A stretch of 64,000 nt of DNA from contig JAHLTZ010000006.1 of NCBI GenBank assembly GCA_025786725.1, positions 310,001-374,000 of the forward strand, in the 5' to 3' direction. The stretch's first letter is position 1. Every line of letters starts with the position of its first letter. The stretch is from Syncephalis fuscata S228 (lineage: Eukaryota > Fungi > Zoopagomycota). A program made the position numbers and the translations under genes. Positions 1-12,670 of the stretch are shown here, in pieces. The notes below the pieces were generated by a model. The model saw only the letters and a list, made by a program, of their open reading frames with translations, made no database searches and was not told the DNA's origin.

Positions 1-1496
1 TTAAGTGTAGTGAATAAAATGGCTAGCATAAGTGCTTGGTAGTATCGTGCCAATGAGCTAGATAGCCATTATTATGTTACTCATGATTTATTTGTCTATA
101 TTATTAATTGCGCTTACCGATCTGCTTCACCACTGCGAACATTAAGAAATTTACCAAAGCTTCGTTGCCAAAAATCAAGATCTTTCCAGTCAAATCGTGG
201 CCATCCTCGACCACTTCGTACGCGTACGCCAGTATGTTCAAGTAAATCCAGCGACATAGTTAGTGTCAGTCCCCAAAGTGGTACCTCGGTATCAGGTAGG
301 CGGATCGTTTCAAATCGCACTGCACCAAGTATCCAACAGGTGGATGCATATACAAAGCGTGCTAAACTTGCTAGAACTTTATTAGGCGGGCTGGCGTTGT
401 TCCTGCACGCATAGCTGATGGCGATAGACTCGATGATTTGCGTCGAGATCCGGATGGTCTGGACCCACTACCGCTGCCATTACCCGCTGCTGAAGTAATA
501 AAGCGTGGCAATAGTCGCGGTGCAATCTCTACACGAATAGCATGTGGACGTGGTGTCGACAATAAGTAGTCGATAGAGCACCAGTGCAATGATGCCACTT
601 CTCCAGCAGATAAGGTTGGATCCGGTGTTGTAGGGGTCAGTTGCAGATAAACTATCATTAGATCGTCAGTTGCGTTGTACATCTACATATGTTTATTATA
701 ATCGTACCAAATGGGCATAGAATTAGCAAAAGCCGTCTGCCAAAGCGCGTTGTCACCTCTCGTTCGTCTAACGCACCAACAAATGTAAATCTATGATCAT
801 TTTGATTATTACTATTGATTATACAATTGTAATATACTTACGTATTTGATGTAATATCAAATCCAACCTCTTCTCGCGTTTCCCGTTCGGCAGCCTCTCG
901 GTCAGTTTCCCCACTTTCTCGTTTACCACCCGGAAATGCAATCTATTTGGTGTTAATTGCAGCACATATATTTACACCAATGTTACCTGGCCTGACCAAG
1001 GATCTTGTGGATTCGACGTACGGCGAATAAACAATAGCTCTGCCTTGCCCGATTTAACCCATGGCACTATTATCTATTAGTAAACTGATTACTATTATCA
1101 AGTATCCTATAGCTTACGGTTGAAAAAAGTAGTCAAATCCGTGTTATTAGCAGATGATGGCGACGACAATTCTAGATATGGTTTTGTGGTTAGTATAGCT
1201 ACTTTAACAGCTCTATTTGTTAGAATACACTAACGCCTCTCTAAACTAGTCGATAAACATATATATCCATAACACTCATCTATTGCATATAGATGGTAGC
1301 TCACCTTGAATAGGAATGTCATCGATAGGAATGGTGGGTACAACTCTTAGGATCGCGGCTACACTAGCACGCTTTCGACAAGCAGACGGCGATGGAATAC
1401 GCCATGTGTCGGTGCGTCGCAACGAATGACAGAGCGCATCCAAATGTTCAATAGAGCCTGTTGTTGCAGTGGACGTAGAGGGGCAGAAGTTGCCAT
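1..1496 (-). CDS. Nudix hydrolase (CoA pyrophosphatase-like subfamily), multi-exon, 3' end outside window
   Basis: Spliced translation gives KRASVAAILRV...ELLFIRRTSNPQDPWSG...IAFPGGKRESGETDREAAERETREEVG (Nudix box, ~860-940), then GEVASLHW and LWGLTL. One frameshift near the putative ATG at 1496. Confidence 0.85.
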
Positions 1497-2039
1497 GATA
1501 ACTTCGGCAGACCAAGTAGTCAGGACGAAAACACGCGTGCACAACCAATAACAGTTGACTATAAATGAATTACCTGACTAAATGCCTAAATATATAGTTG
1601 TGATGACATATAATAGTAATGAATTAGAAAGATGCTGTCAGCAAACAGAGCTGTAGTACGTGTGTTTACAAGAGATATAACATGAAAGAAATAAGACAAA
1701 TAACTGACTGGGCTACACCTCGTTTAATTAACTGAAATAGCCAATGGAATCGGCAGTGGAAGATCCGATATGGTGGGTAATTGTGCGCCCGATGCAATAC
1801 TATGTTTTGTTTCCTATTAATACTGGTTATTTAGTTGAATCGACTGCACTAGAGGTCTTTATACTTTTTTTATTACTAAATACAATAAAATATATTAATC
1901 ATATTGTAATTTACTAAGAGGATGCAAAAGCACTATATTTTGCATTTATTTATTCATTAATTGTATGTTGAATTTAGTACTGTGTACTGATCGTGTTTGT
2001 GAACATCAGAATATAAATATATGGCTAGTTGGCCGTAAA

Positions 2040-2450
2040 TAAAAATAATCAATTTTGGTCTAATATAACTTGGTTCTATTAAACACGGAGCTAGATGATG
2101 AAAAATATTAAATAATAAAAATCTTTAGTAGTTTATTGTGATTTGGCGGTCAAATGGCTACATTTGATATATATTCCTACATTTAAACTAAACATTCAAT
2201 TTATTGAATATGCTGATGGCGGTGAATTACATTAAAGTCTAAAATACTCATCATCGTAGATTTATTATCCAATATGCACATATCCAGTATGCATATATAC
2301 TCTATTCATTTATATCATTTCCATCTATTACACACTACTGTATGCTATTTTATAACATAGTGAATACATTCTATTTATTATACAAATTAATACACTCCAC
2401 TCGCTCCACTCGCTACGCTGTATATTCATTATATTGTATGCTATTTATCG
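2040..2450. repeat. Dispersed AT-rich repeat family copy (inverted relative to 3620-3990)
   Basis: Aligns by eye as reverse complement of 3620-3990 and in the same orientation as 7040-7270; boundaries approximate. Confidence 0.65.
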
Positions 2451-3619
2451 TATAGCGCATAAGAGCTATGCAACACCATTGTTGTTTTGATTCTAGATTA
2501 TTATTAAATAAGTGTTTTTTATGTTTTGGTGCTTTTGGCATCGGAAAGGCGCTGTGCATTAACACCATTTGTGCGGGCGCTTGAATGGCCATATTGGTAC
2601 ACTGTACCTTTAGTACTGTAGATTTGACATAGATATTATATACTTTATATTTATAGAGTGTTGTTATATATTGTTATACAGTATACTGGCCACACTACAT
2701 CGATTGGCGTTGTCCATTTTACCCTAGTTTATCTTTAAAGTTGGCCCTTCATTACACTTTTTGCTAATGACCATATTACACAGTCACAGTTGGCATATTG
2801 ATAAAGTTAACAGTAAATTAACGAATATATATACTGCAAATCCGATTGGTTCTGCGTACTCGCATGACAATTCTGGCTATAATAAACCAATAAAATAAAA
2901 TGTCTAAATATTTATTGTTTTTATTTAGGATTGTATATGCATATCATAGCAATATTGGTCAAATATTGGTGAAAATCGTTAAATATAAATATAAATTTGT
3001 TTATTTATCGCTATGATTTGTTTATTATGCTAGTTTGTCGATTGGTGTATAGTATACTGGCTACTGGTTGTCAATCTGGCTTATTCTAGTGCAGTTTGCA
3101 GTCATTGCAGTGATTTCAGCTAATGACCAGTCAGTATGGTCCTTGCAGGTCTTACTCGTATATCAGCTGGGTATTTTGTTTGTTTTACGCCGCGTATGCA
3201 TCGATTGCATTGCCCGGGTTGTTTCTGGCTATTGAGCTATGTAATGGTACGCTTTATTCGTTCTATTTCACTTATATTGGCCTCAATGTACACAGCACGC
3301 CACTACATCACTTCCGTTTTTGTACCACCTTCCTAATATGGAGTATTGCCGTGACTCGGTTTAACATTCAACTCCAGAGCCCGTAGTAATACAGCCACCC
3401 ATTGGGCCATTTCCGGCTGACCTTGCCATTACTGTGGATACGCATTGTTTTGCTTGATCAACACCAAAGCCATTGCTAATTGACAATTGCCGGGTTGTCT
3501 AGCAGACGGTTACAATAATTGATTTGTTAATAATTAGCCTGGTGCAAAAATAAACAGATTTTGGATAGAGGAAAGATGGGTGATCATAGAAAACATAAAA
3601 AGCGGTGTCAAAGTTAAGT

Positions 3620-3990
3620 GCATATAATGCAATGAGTGGAATGAATAAAGTATATTAAACATATAATAAATAGAATGTGTTTAGTATATTATAGAATGAT
3701 ACATAGTAGTGTGGGACAGAATGGGAATGATATAGGTAAACGGTGGATATATGCATACTGGATAACGAATCTATGATGACAAGTATTTGATGACTGATGT
3801 CACTCACCACCCATCATCATGTTCAATAGATTGGGCGTCATTAGATGTTGGTCATTTGTCCCCTAATCATAATATAATTTAATGATTTAATGGTTTAGTA
3901 AAAATGATTACTCGGTCCCATGTTTAATAAAATAAACGTTTAGTTTGACTGCGCCAATGCTGTCAAACAAGTCAATTGGCACCAATCATA
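3620..3990. repeat. Dispersed AT-rich repeat family copy
   Basis: Core ATATGCATACTGGATAA...GTATTTGATGA...CACTCACCACCCATCATCATGTTCAATAG recurs with variation at 9880-10060, 32220-32350, 53500-53750 and inverted at 2150-2450 and 7040-7270. Confidence 0.75.
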
Positions 3991-4769
3991 ATAATTGTTT
4001 ATTTTTATTACATCAGCACTTGCACCCACACTATAAAAACAGTCTGCCGATCGCATAACACACGATTTACGTCACACCTTCCTCTTTCTCTTCCTCCACA
4101 CTTGACAGCATTCATCCACTAGCCACCTTCCCCACTTGCACTCGCTTCCATAAGTTCGGTATATGCCTTGCTTGCTATGTGTCATTGTTAGTCTATTAGT
4201 ATAAGCATGCTTAGTCTCGGTACTACATACCGCCCTGCTGTATGGCGCCATACAGCAGTGCTAGCGGTATCGTTTTACCTTGTAGGCAGCTGCTAGTATG
4301 CTAGCTATTATGAATATATGCTATCAAGCATATACCGTTTTCTTTCTCTTTCTCTTCATCCTCTTCTTCTCTAACCTTCCATTACTCACCGTACTAGCAA
4401 CAGTGTATGCTGGATATATGCTACCAAGCATATACTGTTCCTTTCTCACTCTCTACCTCATCCTTTCCTCTATACCTTCCATTGCTCGCCGTGCTAGCAA
4501 TAGTGTGTTTAGCTACGGTAGTAGCATATGGTGGCACTCTGTACTGGCCATACAGCAGTGCCATTATATGCACTGCCTGTAAACACCTGCCAGCATGGTG
4601 TTGCATTGGCAGATCTTCTTCTCTTTCCCTTTTCACTTTAACAAACCACTTACCGGTCCTTCTTTATGATACACTGATTATGCAATGGTAAGTAACTAAC
4701 TTAAATCAGTCACTAACTCTGCATATAATGCTTTAGATTTACAAGCCATCAAGTATCAAGTTCAAGGAC

Positions 4770-6508
4770 AATGGTGATTAGTGTGTTAGCGGCCGGCTAC
4801 CAAGCAATATAACAATCAATGTTATATTGATGACTTTAAATTTAGTTCACTAACTTACTAACCTGTATTGATAATTACAAATTTATATCATAAATAAAAA
4901 TCACCAAATTGTTTTAGTGTGCTAGCGGCCGGCTACACAACATTACAACATACTAACTTTATATGTATTGTTTTATATTTAGGTACTTGGACACTAACAC
5001 TAACACTTGTTGATTATTATAGATTTTAGATAGCCGAACACCGACACCAACATCAACATCAACACCAACACAACACCGGCACCAACATCGACACCAACAC
5101 CGGCACCAACATCAACACCGGCACCAACACCAACACCAACACCGACATCAACATCAACACCGGCACCAACACCGACACCAACACAACACCGGCACCAACA
5201 CCGACACCAACATCAACACGGGCACCAACACCAACATCGGCACCAACACAACACCGGCACCAACACCGACACCAACATCAACACGGGCACCAACACAACA
5301 CCGGTACCAACACCAACACCGACACCAACACCGACACCAACACCAACATCAACACCAACACCAACACAACACCAACACCGACACCAACATCAACACCAAC
5401 ACCAACATCAACACCAACACCGGCACCAACATCAACACCAACACCGACACCGACATCAACATCAACACCAACACCAACACCGACACCAACACAACACCGG
5501 CACCAACACCGACACCAACATCAACACGGGCACCAACACCAACATCGGCACCAACACCAACACCAACACCAACACAACACCGGCACCAACATCGACACCA
5601 ACACCGGCACCAACATCAACACCAACATCAACACCGGCACCAACACCAACACCAACACCGACATCAACATCAACACCGGCACCAACATCGGCACCAACAC
5701 CAGTACCAACATCAACACCAACAGCAACATCAGCACCAACACCAACATCAACATCAACACCGGCACCAACATCGGCACCAACATAACACCAACACCGACA
5801 CCAACACAACACCGGCACCAACACCGACACCAACATCAACACCAACACCAACACCAACATCGGCACCAACACCAACACCGACATCAACATCAACACCGGC
5901 ACCAACATCGGCACCAACACCAGTACCAACATCAACACCAACAGCAACATCAGCACCAACACCAACATCAACATCAACACCGGCACCAACATCGGCACCA
6001 ACACCAACACCGACATCAACATCAACACCGGCACCAACATCGGCACCAACACCAGTACCAACATCAACACCAACAGCAACATCAGCACCGACACCAACAT
6101 CAACACCAACATCAGCACCAACACCGACATTAACATCAACACCGGCACCAACATAACACCAACACCGACACCAACACAACACCGGCACCAACATCAACAC
6201 CGGCACCAACACAACACCAACACCGACACCAACACAACACCAGCACCAACATCAACACGGGCACCAACATCAACACGGGCACCAACATCGGCGCCAACAC
6301 CAACACTAACATTATTATTGTTATTTAGATTTTAGATAGCCGGCCACGGACACCTGACGTAAGTATTATTATTATTAATAGCCGGCCGCTAGCACACTAA
6401 AACCAAATACAAAATATTAATTCAGGACAATTGTCTACTAACGTACTAACATTGTATTTATTATTTTAGCATTGTAGGTAGCCGGCCGCTAACACACTAA
6501 TCGCCATT
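4770..6508. repeat. Two nested inverted-repeat pairs (32 bp outer, 25 bp inner)
   Basis: Outer 4770-4801 vs 6477-6508 (31/32 complementary); inner 4911-4935 vs 6379-6403 (25/25). Confidence 0.9.
5034..6307. repeat. AC-rich hexamer array (ACACCA/ACATCA/ACACCG/GCACCA) with higher-order blocks
   Basis: About 1.27 kb of 6-bp periodicity with recurring 5-bp units that shift the frame. Confidence 0.95.
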
Positions 6509-7039
6509 TTAAATAAGTAAGTAATGTGATACAGCAGTTGTAGCAGTATCTATCATACTTTATATGTGGTGGTATACTGCCACCAATAAACGGTGGTATA
6601 CCATCACAACAATAGCAACAATAGCAACAATAGCAACTTCACAAGTACTTGATGCGATATCATCAAGATTAATTGATACTATTGCTATCAATTAACAGCA
6701 AGATTAAAGTTATATTGGATCAATTAATAATATATTATTTATTACCAATATCAAACTTATTATGTGCTGATATTACCAAACAATATCCAAGCAAAGCATT
6801 AAATAAAAGCACATAGCTACTAAATAAGTAGATGCAAAGGTTTATACTTTTGCATCTCTTAAGCGACAACAATAAATACAATATACTTTATTGTACTCAA
6901 TAATGTTAATTGTAATAATAAATATTATATAATTAGTATATATTGCACATACTAACTAATCATTAAACAATTTAATAAAATGACTTTTACGCTCGTTAAA
7001 TAATTTACTAATCATTATAGTATGATTTGTTATTAAAAT

Positions 7040-7450
7040 AACTATTTTTAATAACATCTAACCTATTGAACATGACGATGGGTGGTGAGTGACATCAATC
7101 ATCAAATACTCATCAGCATAGATTCGTTATCCAGTACGCATATATCCACCATTTACCTATATCACTCTCAATATGCCCACACTACTATATATTATTCTAT
7201 GATATACTAAACATATTCTGTTTATTATATGCTACAATATACTTCGTTCAGTCCACTTATTGCATTATGTGGGTTATAGTTTCAACAGCGCTATTTATAC
7301 TTGTCTATTGTGCATTTATTCTACTTTATATTAACCTATTGTATAGTACCAACACGTTATTTGAAACTGTTATTTATTTAATACTAGTTTGGTTACTAAT
7401 AAATTTAAATTATTACGTTTATTTGTTCATGCATATATGTAACATGCAAT
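7040..7450. repeat. Dispersed AT-rich repeat family copy
   Basis: 7060-7270 is the reverse complement of 3620-3830; 7260-7450 resembles 9515-9705. Confidence 0.75.
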
Positions 7451-7752
7451 CATTTGATAAACAAATTAGTTAATGCAAATTGACTATAGCTTTGATGCTA
7501 GTAGGGCAGATCAATGAATATTTACATTAATAACAAGTTCAAGCGAAATAGGAACATGATGTATTAATAAGTATGCAAATAAAAAAAAGCTAAAGATAAA
7601 ACAGCGTAAACAGCAACAACATAGTACTGTAATGATGATATATGCGTACTAAATAATAAATATACAATAATAAATATTTAAAAAATTAATACTATTTAGC
7701 ATTCAGTTTCATGTTTAATAAAGCAGATATGTAGTTAGTTGCATGAAAAATA

Positions 7753-9507
7753 CTTAGCGCAAATGCTGGCACATAATGCTTAGCACAAATGCTGGCACAT
7801 AATGCTTAGCGCAAATGCTGGCACATAATGCTTAGCGCAAATGCTGGCACATAATGCTTAGCACAAATGCTGGCACATAATGCTTAGCGCAAATGCTGGC
7901 ACATAATGCTTAGCACAAATGCTGGCACATAATGCTTAGCGCAAATGCTGGCACATAATGCTTAGCGCAAATGCTGACACATAATGCTTAGCACAAATGC
8001 TGGCACATAATGCTTAGCGCAAATGCTGGCACATAATGCTTAGCACAAATGCTGGCACATAATGCTTAGCGCAAATGCTGGCACATAATGCTTAGCACAA
8101 ATGCTGGCACATAATGCTTAGCGCAAATGCTGGCACATAATGCTTAGCACAAATGCTGGCACATAATGCTTAGCGCAAATGCTGGCACATAATGCTTAGC
8201 GCAAATGCTGGCACATAATGCTTAGCGCAAATGCTGGCACATAATGCTTAGCGCAAATGCTGGCACATAATGCTTAGCGCAAATGCTGGCACATAATGCT
8301 TAGCGCAAATGCTGGCACATAATGCTTAGCGCAAATGCTGGCACATAATGCTTAGCGCAAATGCTGGCACATAATGCTTAGCGCAAATGCTGGCACATAA
8401 TGCTTAGCGCAAATGCTGGCACATAATGCTTAGCGCAAATGCTGGCACATAATGCTTAGCGCAAATGCTGGCACATAATGCTTAGCGCAAATGCTGGCAC
8501 ATAATGCTTAGCGCAAATGCTGGCACATAATGCTTAGCGCAAATGCTGGCACATAATGCTTAGCGCAAATGCTGGCACATAATGCTTAGCACAAATGCTG
8601 GCACATAATGCTTAGCACAAATGCTGGCACATAATGCTTAGCGCAAATGCTGGCACATAATGCTTAGCGCAAATGCTGGCACATAATGCTTAGCGCAAAT
8701 GCTGACACATAATGCTTAGCGCAAATGCTGGCACATAATGCTTAGCGCAAATGCTGGCACATAATGCTTAGCGCAAATGCTGGCACATAATGCTTAGCGC
8801 AAATGCTGGCACATAATGCTTAGCGCAAATGCTGGCACATAATGCTTAGCGCAAATGCTGGCACATAATGCTTAGCGCAAATGCTGGCACATAATGCTTA
8901 GCGCAAATGCTGGCACATAATGCTTAGCGCAAATGCTGGCACATAATGCTTAGCGCAAATGCTGGCACATAATGCTTAGCGCAAATGCTGCACATAATGC
9001 TTAGCGCAAATGCTGGCACATAATGCTTAGCGCAAATGCTGGCACATAATGCTTAGCGCAAATGCTGGCACATAATGCTTAGCGCAAATGCTGGCACATA
9101 ATGCTTAGCGCAAATGCTGGCACATAATGCTTAGCGCAAATGCTGCACATAATGCTTAGCACAAATGCTGGCACATAATGCTTAGCGCAAATGCTGGCAC
9201 ATAATGCTTAGCGCAAATGCTGGCACATAATGCTTAGCGCAAATGCTGGCACATAATGCTTAGCGCAAATGCTGGCACATAATGCTTAGCGCAAATGCTG
9301 GCACATAATGCTTAGCGCAAATGCTGGCACATAATGCTTAGCGCAAATGCTGGCACATAATGCTTAGCGCAAATGCTGGCACATAATGCTTAGCACAAAT
9401 GCTGGCACATAATGCTTAGCGCAAATGCTGACACATAATGCTTAGCACAAATGCTGGCACATAATGCTTAGCGCAAATGCTGACACATAATGCTTAGCGC
9501 AAATGCT
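7753..9507. repeat. 26-bp minisatellite TGCTTAGCGCAAATGCTGGCACATAA, about 67 copies
   Basis: Nearly homogeneous head-to-tail units; variants GCGC/GCAC and CTGG/CTGA; no spacers. Confidence 0.98.
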
Positions 9508-9879
9508 CATTTTTCTCATTACGTTATATGCACTATAACCTCAACACCACTTATCATAATTTTTCCTTATATGTTTATTCTATTATACATCATTTTATAC
9601 TTGCCTAACCTCCCTTTATTTAATGCTATTTTTATTTTTGTTCTAGCTTTATTATTAATAAATTTCAACTAATGTCGGCCATCTGCTCATGCATATATGC
9701 TCAATAACTTTAACATAGCTAATTATCACTCTGTATTGCATATTATTTATAATATATATTGTTTTATTGTTTAATAACTATTGGCTATTTATTGCAACTG
9801 TTCTTTTTGTTTTAACTCTATTATTAATAAATCCCAACGTACTGGGCGCATTGAACTATATATAAAACTCATAGCAAAT

Positions 9880-10060
9880 ATAATATGTCTAGTATATCAT
9901 AGAATGGAAATGATATAGGTAAATAGAGTATATGCATATTGATAATAAATCTACGATAATGCGTATTTGATGATTGGTGTCACTCACTACCCATCATCAT
10001 GTTCAATAGGTTGGATGTTAATAAGTTTTGCCATTTGATTACCAAATTGCAATGAATTAT
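9880..10060. repeat. Dispersed AT-rich repeat family copy
   Basis: Matches 3670-3870 in the same orientation. Confidence 0.7.
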
Positions 10061-11679
10061 TAATAAATTGTTTATAAAAAAACTGCTTATTAAATGTGAA
10101 ATAATGCAAGTAAATCATTATCATGTTGCTATATGGCAGCCGTGTTTTTCTAGCAGCAGTTACCGATCAAATTTAATAATCCTATAATGGAAAATATTTA
10201 ATAAAATATAAGCAATGTGCTATTATTTTCTTAACTATAAAATGAAGGTAAGACAATAACAAAATAATAAATAAATAAGTGGTATAAGTGTGATGATTAT
10301 ACGATATTTTTTATTGTTTATATTTTAAAATCATTTTACTAAATGTAGAAGTTATTGCTTTATATGCAGACCTATATTCGAGAGCGTAAGCGACAGTATA
10401 AGCATATACATCGACCATAAATATACAGAATAAAGCCAAAGCATTTAATTTTATATTACTAAAAATATACGAATTTTTTTTAAAGTTTGAGACTATAGTC
10501 AGGTATTTAGTTATAAATAAACAAATGAACCCAAAAGGCCATTGAATCGAACGTGCAACTCACATTAAGTCATGTCAACAATAGCGATTATTTTAAAGAT
10601 ATTATTATTATTATATGATGTAGGCAGAGAATATCACATGAAACGCATTATAAATAAGATATTACTAAATATACAGCTTTGCAATGAGTTATATATGGAC
10701 TGACACTTGCACATTAAGACCAGAGCCGGTAGATATGCTATGCATTGCCATAACCCGTTCAGAGCCGGTTGTGTTTAATAGATTTGATTTATGTGTATAA
10801 CTCAGTGTATATACACTGTGGTGTATACAGTACAATTGATTTACGTGATGTTACAATGGAACAGTCGGCTGAATCTGTGCTTGGGTACAGTATTTTATTA
10901 GTAAAACTACATATATTCAACATTTAACAGTCGACATTGATAATCAACTAAAATACTGATTGTATACGCAACAAGTAATATTACATTGTGTTAAAAATGC
11001 ATTTTTTGTTCTTTAGGCAATAGCCATAGTTACAAGTTGAATGGATGTGTGAGTCAATCAGTATATTTTGATAAGAAATTGCAACTAGCCTATGCATAGT
11101 AGTGCATATTTGTAAAGGATACAAGTTCAATGTACTAGTGTTGTTTTTGCTTCGGCGTTAAGCGTTGTTCGGAATGCATGTGGATATTGTGGGCTGTATT
11201 TGTCGGTGAAAGCAACAGCAAAGACGTAGTGTGCATCGTCACTATTTCCGCAACTAATAGATTTAGTTTGCGCCACATGGTCGAATTGAGTTACACAATA
11301 CAAGGTAATAGGTAAGTTTCTACCAAAGACGTAATGAATCTGTAATATTGCCACATCGTCTGTGTAATTACCGAACAAATTGAAATAAAGGCTGGGAAGC
11401 ATGATATTACATTATCGATATGTTGGTATATGTATGCATCAAGCCACCATGTGAATGTATTGTTATTATTGGTTTACATCGCACATCAATGGTATTGTTT
11501 ATACAACGTAGTATTTCATATATCAGCATAATCCTAGACTTAAATAGTTTATACAATACACACAAATAACTAGCAATATCATCACACTCTAATTTCTGGA
11601 AAATACCTACTACTATCTATTTTATACTAAATATTATATTGTCTATTCTACTTGTTTGCTTTAACAAATCAATATTACC

Positions 11680-11862
11680 ATGAAGCTCTCTATTGCCGTC
11701 GTCTGCACCATTGCCGTGGCTTTTGCAGTCAGTACAGTCATGGTGGATGCTAAGCCTAACCGAGTCCGTCGTGGTATGTTGCAATTACAACAAATATGCA
11801 GATTGGATAGCTACTAACATTATAACAAATCAACCATGGTATTAGCTGGTAAATCGCGATGA
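11680..11862 (+). CDS. Putative 36-aa secreted cationic peptide (2 exons: 11680-11773, 11846-11862)
   Basis: MKLSIAVVCTIAVAFAVSTVMVDA-KPNRVRRAGKSR*. Signal peptide ending VDA; intron GTATGT...TACTAAC...TAG; GC-rich codons within AT-rich flanks; AATAAA near 12025. Confidence 0.7.
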
Positions 11863-12099
11863 TGGATCGTTGTTCCAGCACTTACAATATACTGCTATAT
11901 GCATATGAGCGGTCAATAAGTTTTGAAAATATGTGCTTATTGATGTGATAATCAATGATTGTTTGCTATGTATAGTGGTTAGATCAGTGTTATTGGCTAA
12001 AAGTAGGTTCAATGCTCAATAATCAATAAAATGTTGCATTAGAAGTGATAATCTGCTAAATGTGCATTAATAGGAGATATCTTACAGTATAGATGCTTG

Positions 12100-12670
12100 A
12101 TCATTTAGTTAGTTGCCATTAGATTACTAAATCAACGTTGATAGGCGGTAAGTAGCATTGCATAGTAATTAACTACACGCTAAGCATATGTTATACGCCT
12201 TGTTCGCTTAATAATTTGTATTGATAGTCTGTAAGTGGTATTGTATATTAAATGACTATGCACTAATTGCATGCTATGTGTCATATATGATTAATGCTCG
12301 TATTAATGGTTGGTAAGAGTCATGTATACTAATTAGCCATGTGCTAAATATATATCATGCTTTTTTGTGTTCGATGACTTGTATTAATAGGTCATAAGTA
12401 ATAATTTAAACTAATTAACTATATACTAAATATACCTCACACACTGTATGTGGCCATAACTTGTATTGATAGTGCGTAAGTATGATTTTACATTAATCAG
12501 CTATACATCAAACACATAATGTGCACTGTGTATATTTAATGACCTATATTAATAGAAGTTAAGTCTAGTGTATATTAATTAATTTTATACTATTATATGC
12601 TATGCACTGTATATGTGTAATGAACTGCATTAATAGGATTAAGTGGCAGTATGTAATAGTAATATATGGG
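12100..12670 (+). repeat. Degenerate tandem repeat, ~82-bp period, about 7 units
   Basis: Motif GTATTRATAG-NNN-GTAAGT or a variant, with the donor-like part at 12148, 12231, 12313, 12394, 12476, 12559 and 12639. Confidence 0.75.

Noticed and set aside
3060-3600. GC-richer stretch as a coding exon
   Set aside because: Frames examined are interrupted or motif-less; could not assign.
5462-6212. Minus-strand Val/Leu/Gly-rich ORFs and a plus-strand Thr-Pro mucin
   Set aside because: By-products of the hexamer repeat; recurrent 5-bp units and TAA stops break a single Thr-Pro frame, and no start or signal peptide was found.
7753-9507. CRISPR array
   Set aside because: No unique spacers, no cas genes, eukaryotic context.
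11127-11402. 91-aa ORF as a real gene
   Set aside because: No recognisable motif; flanks full of stops; at most a decayed fragment.
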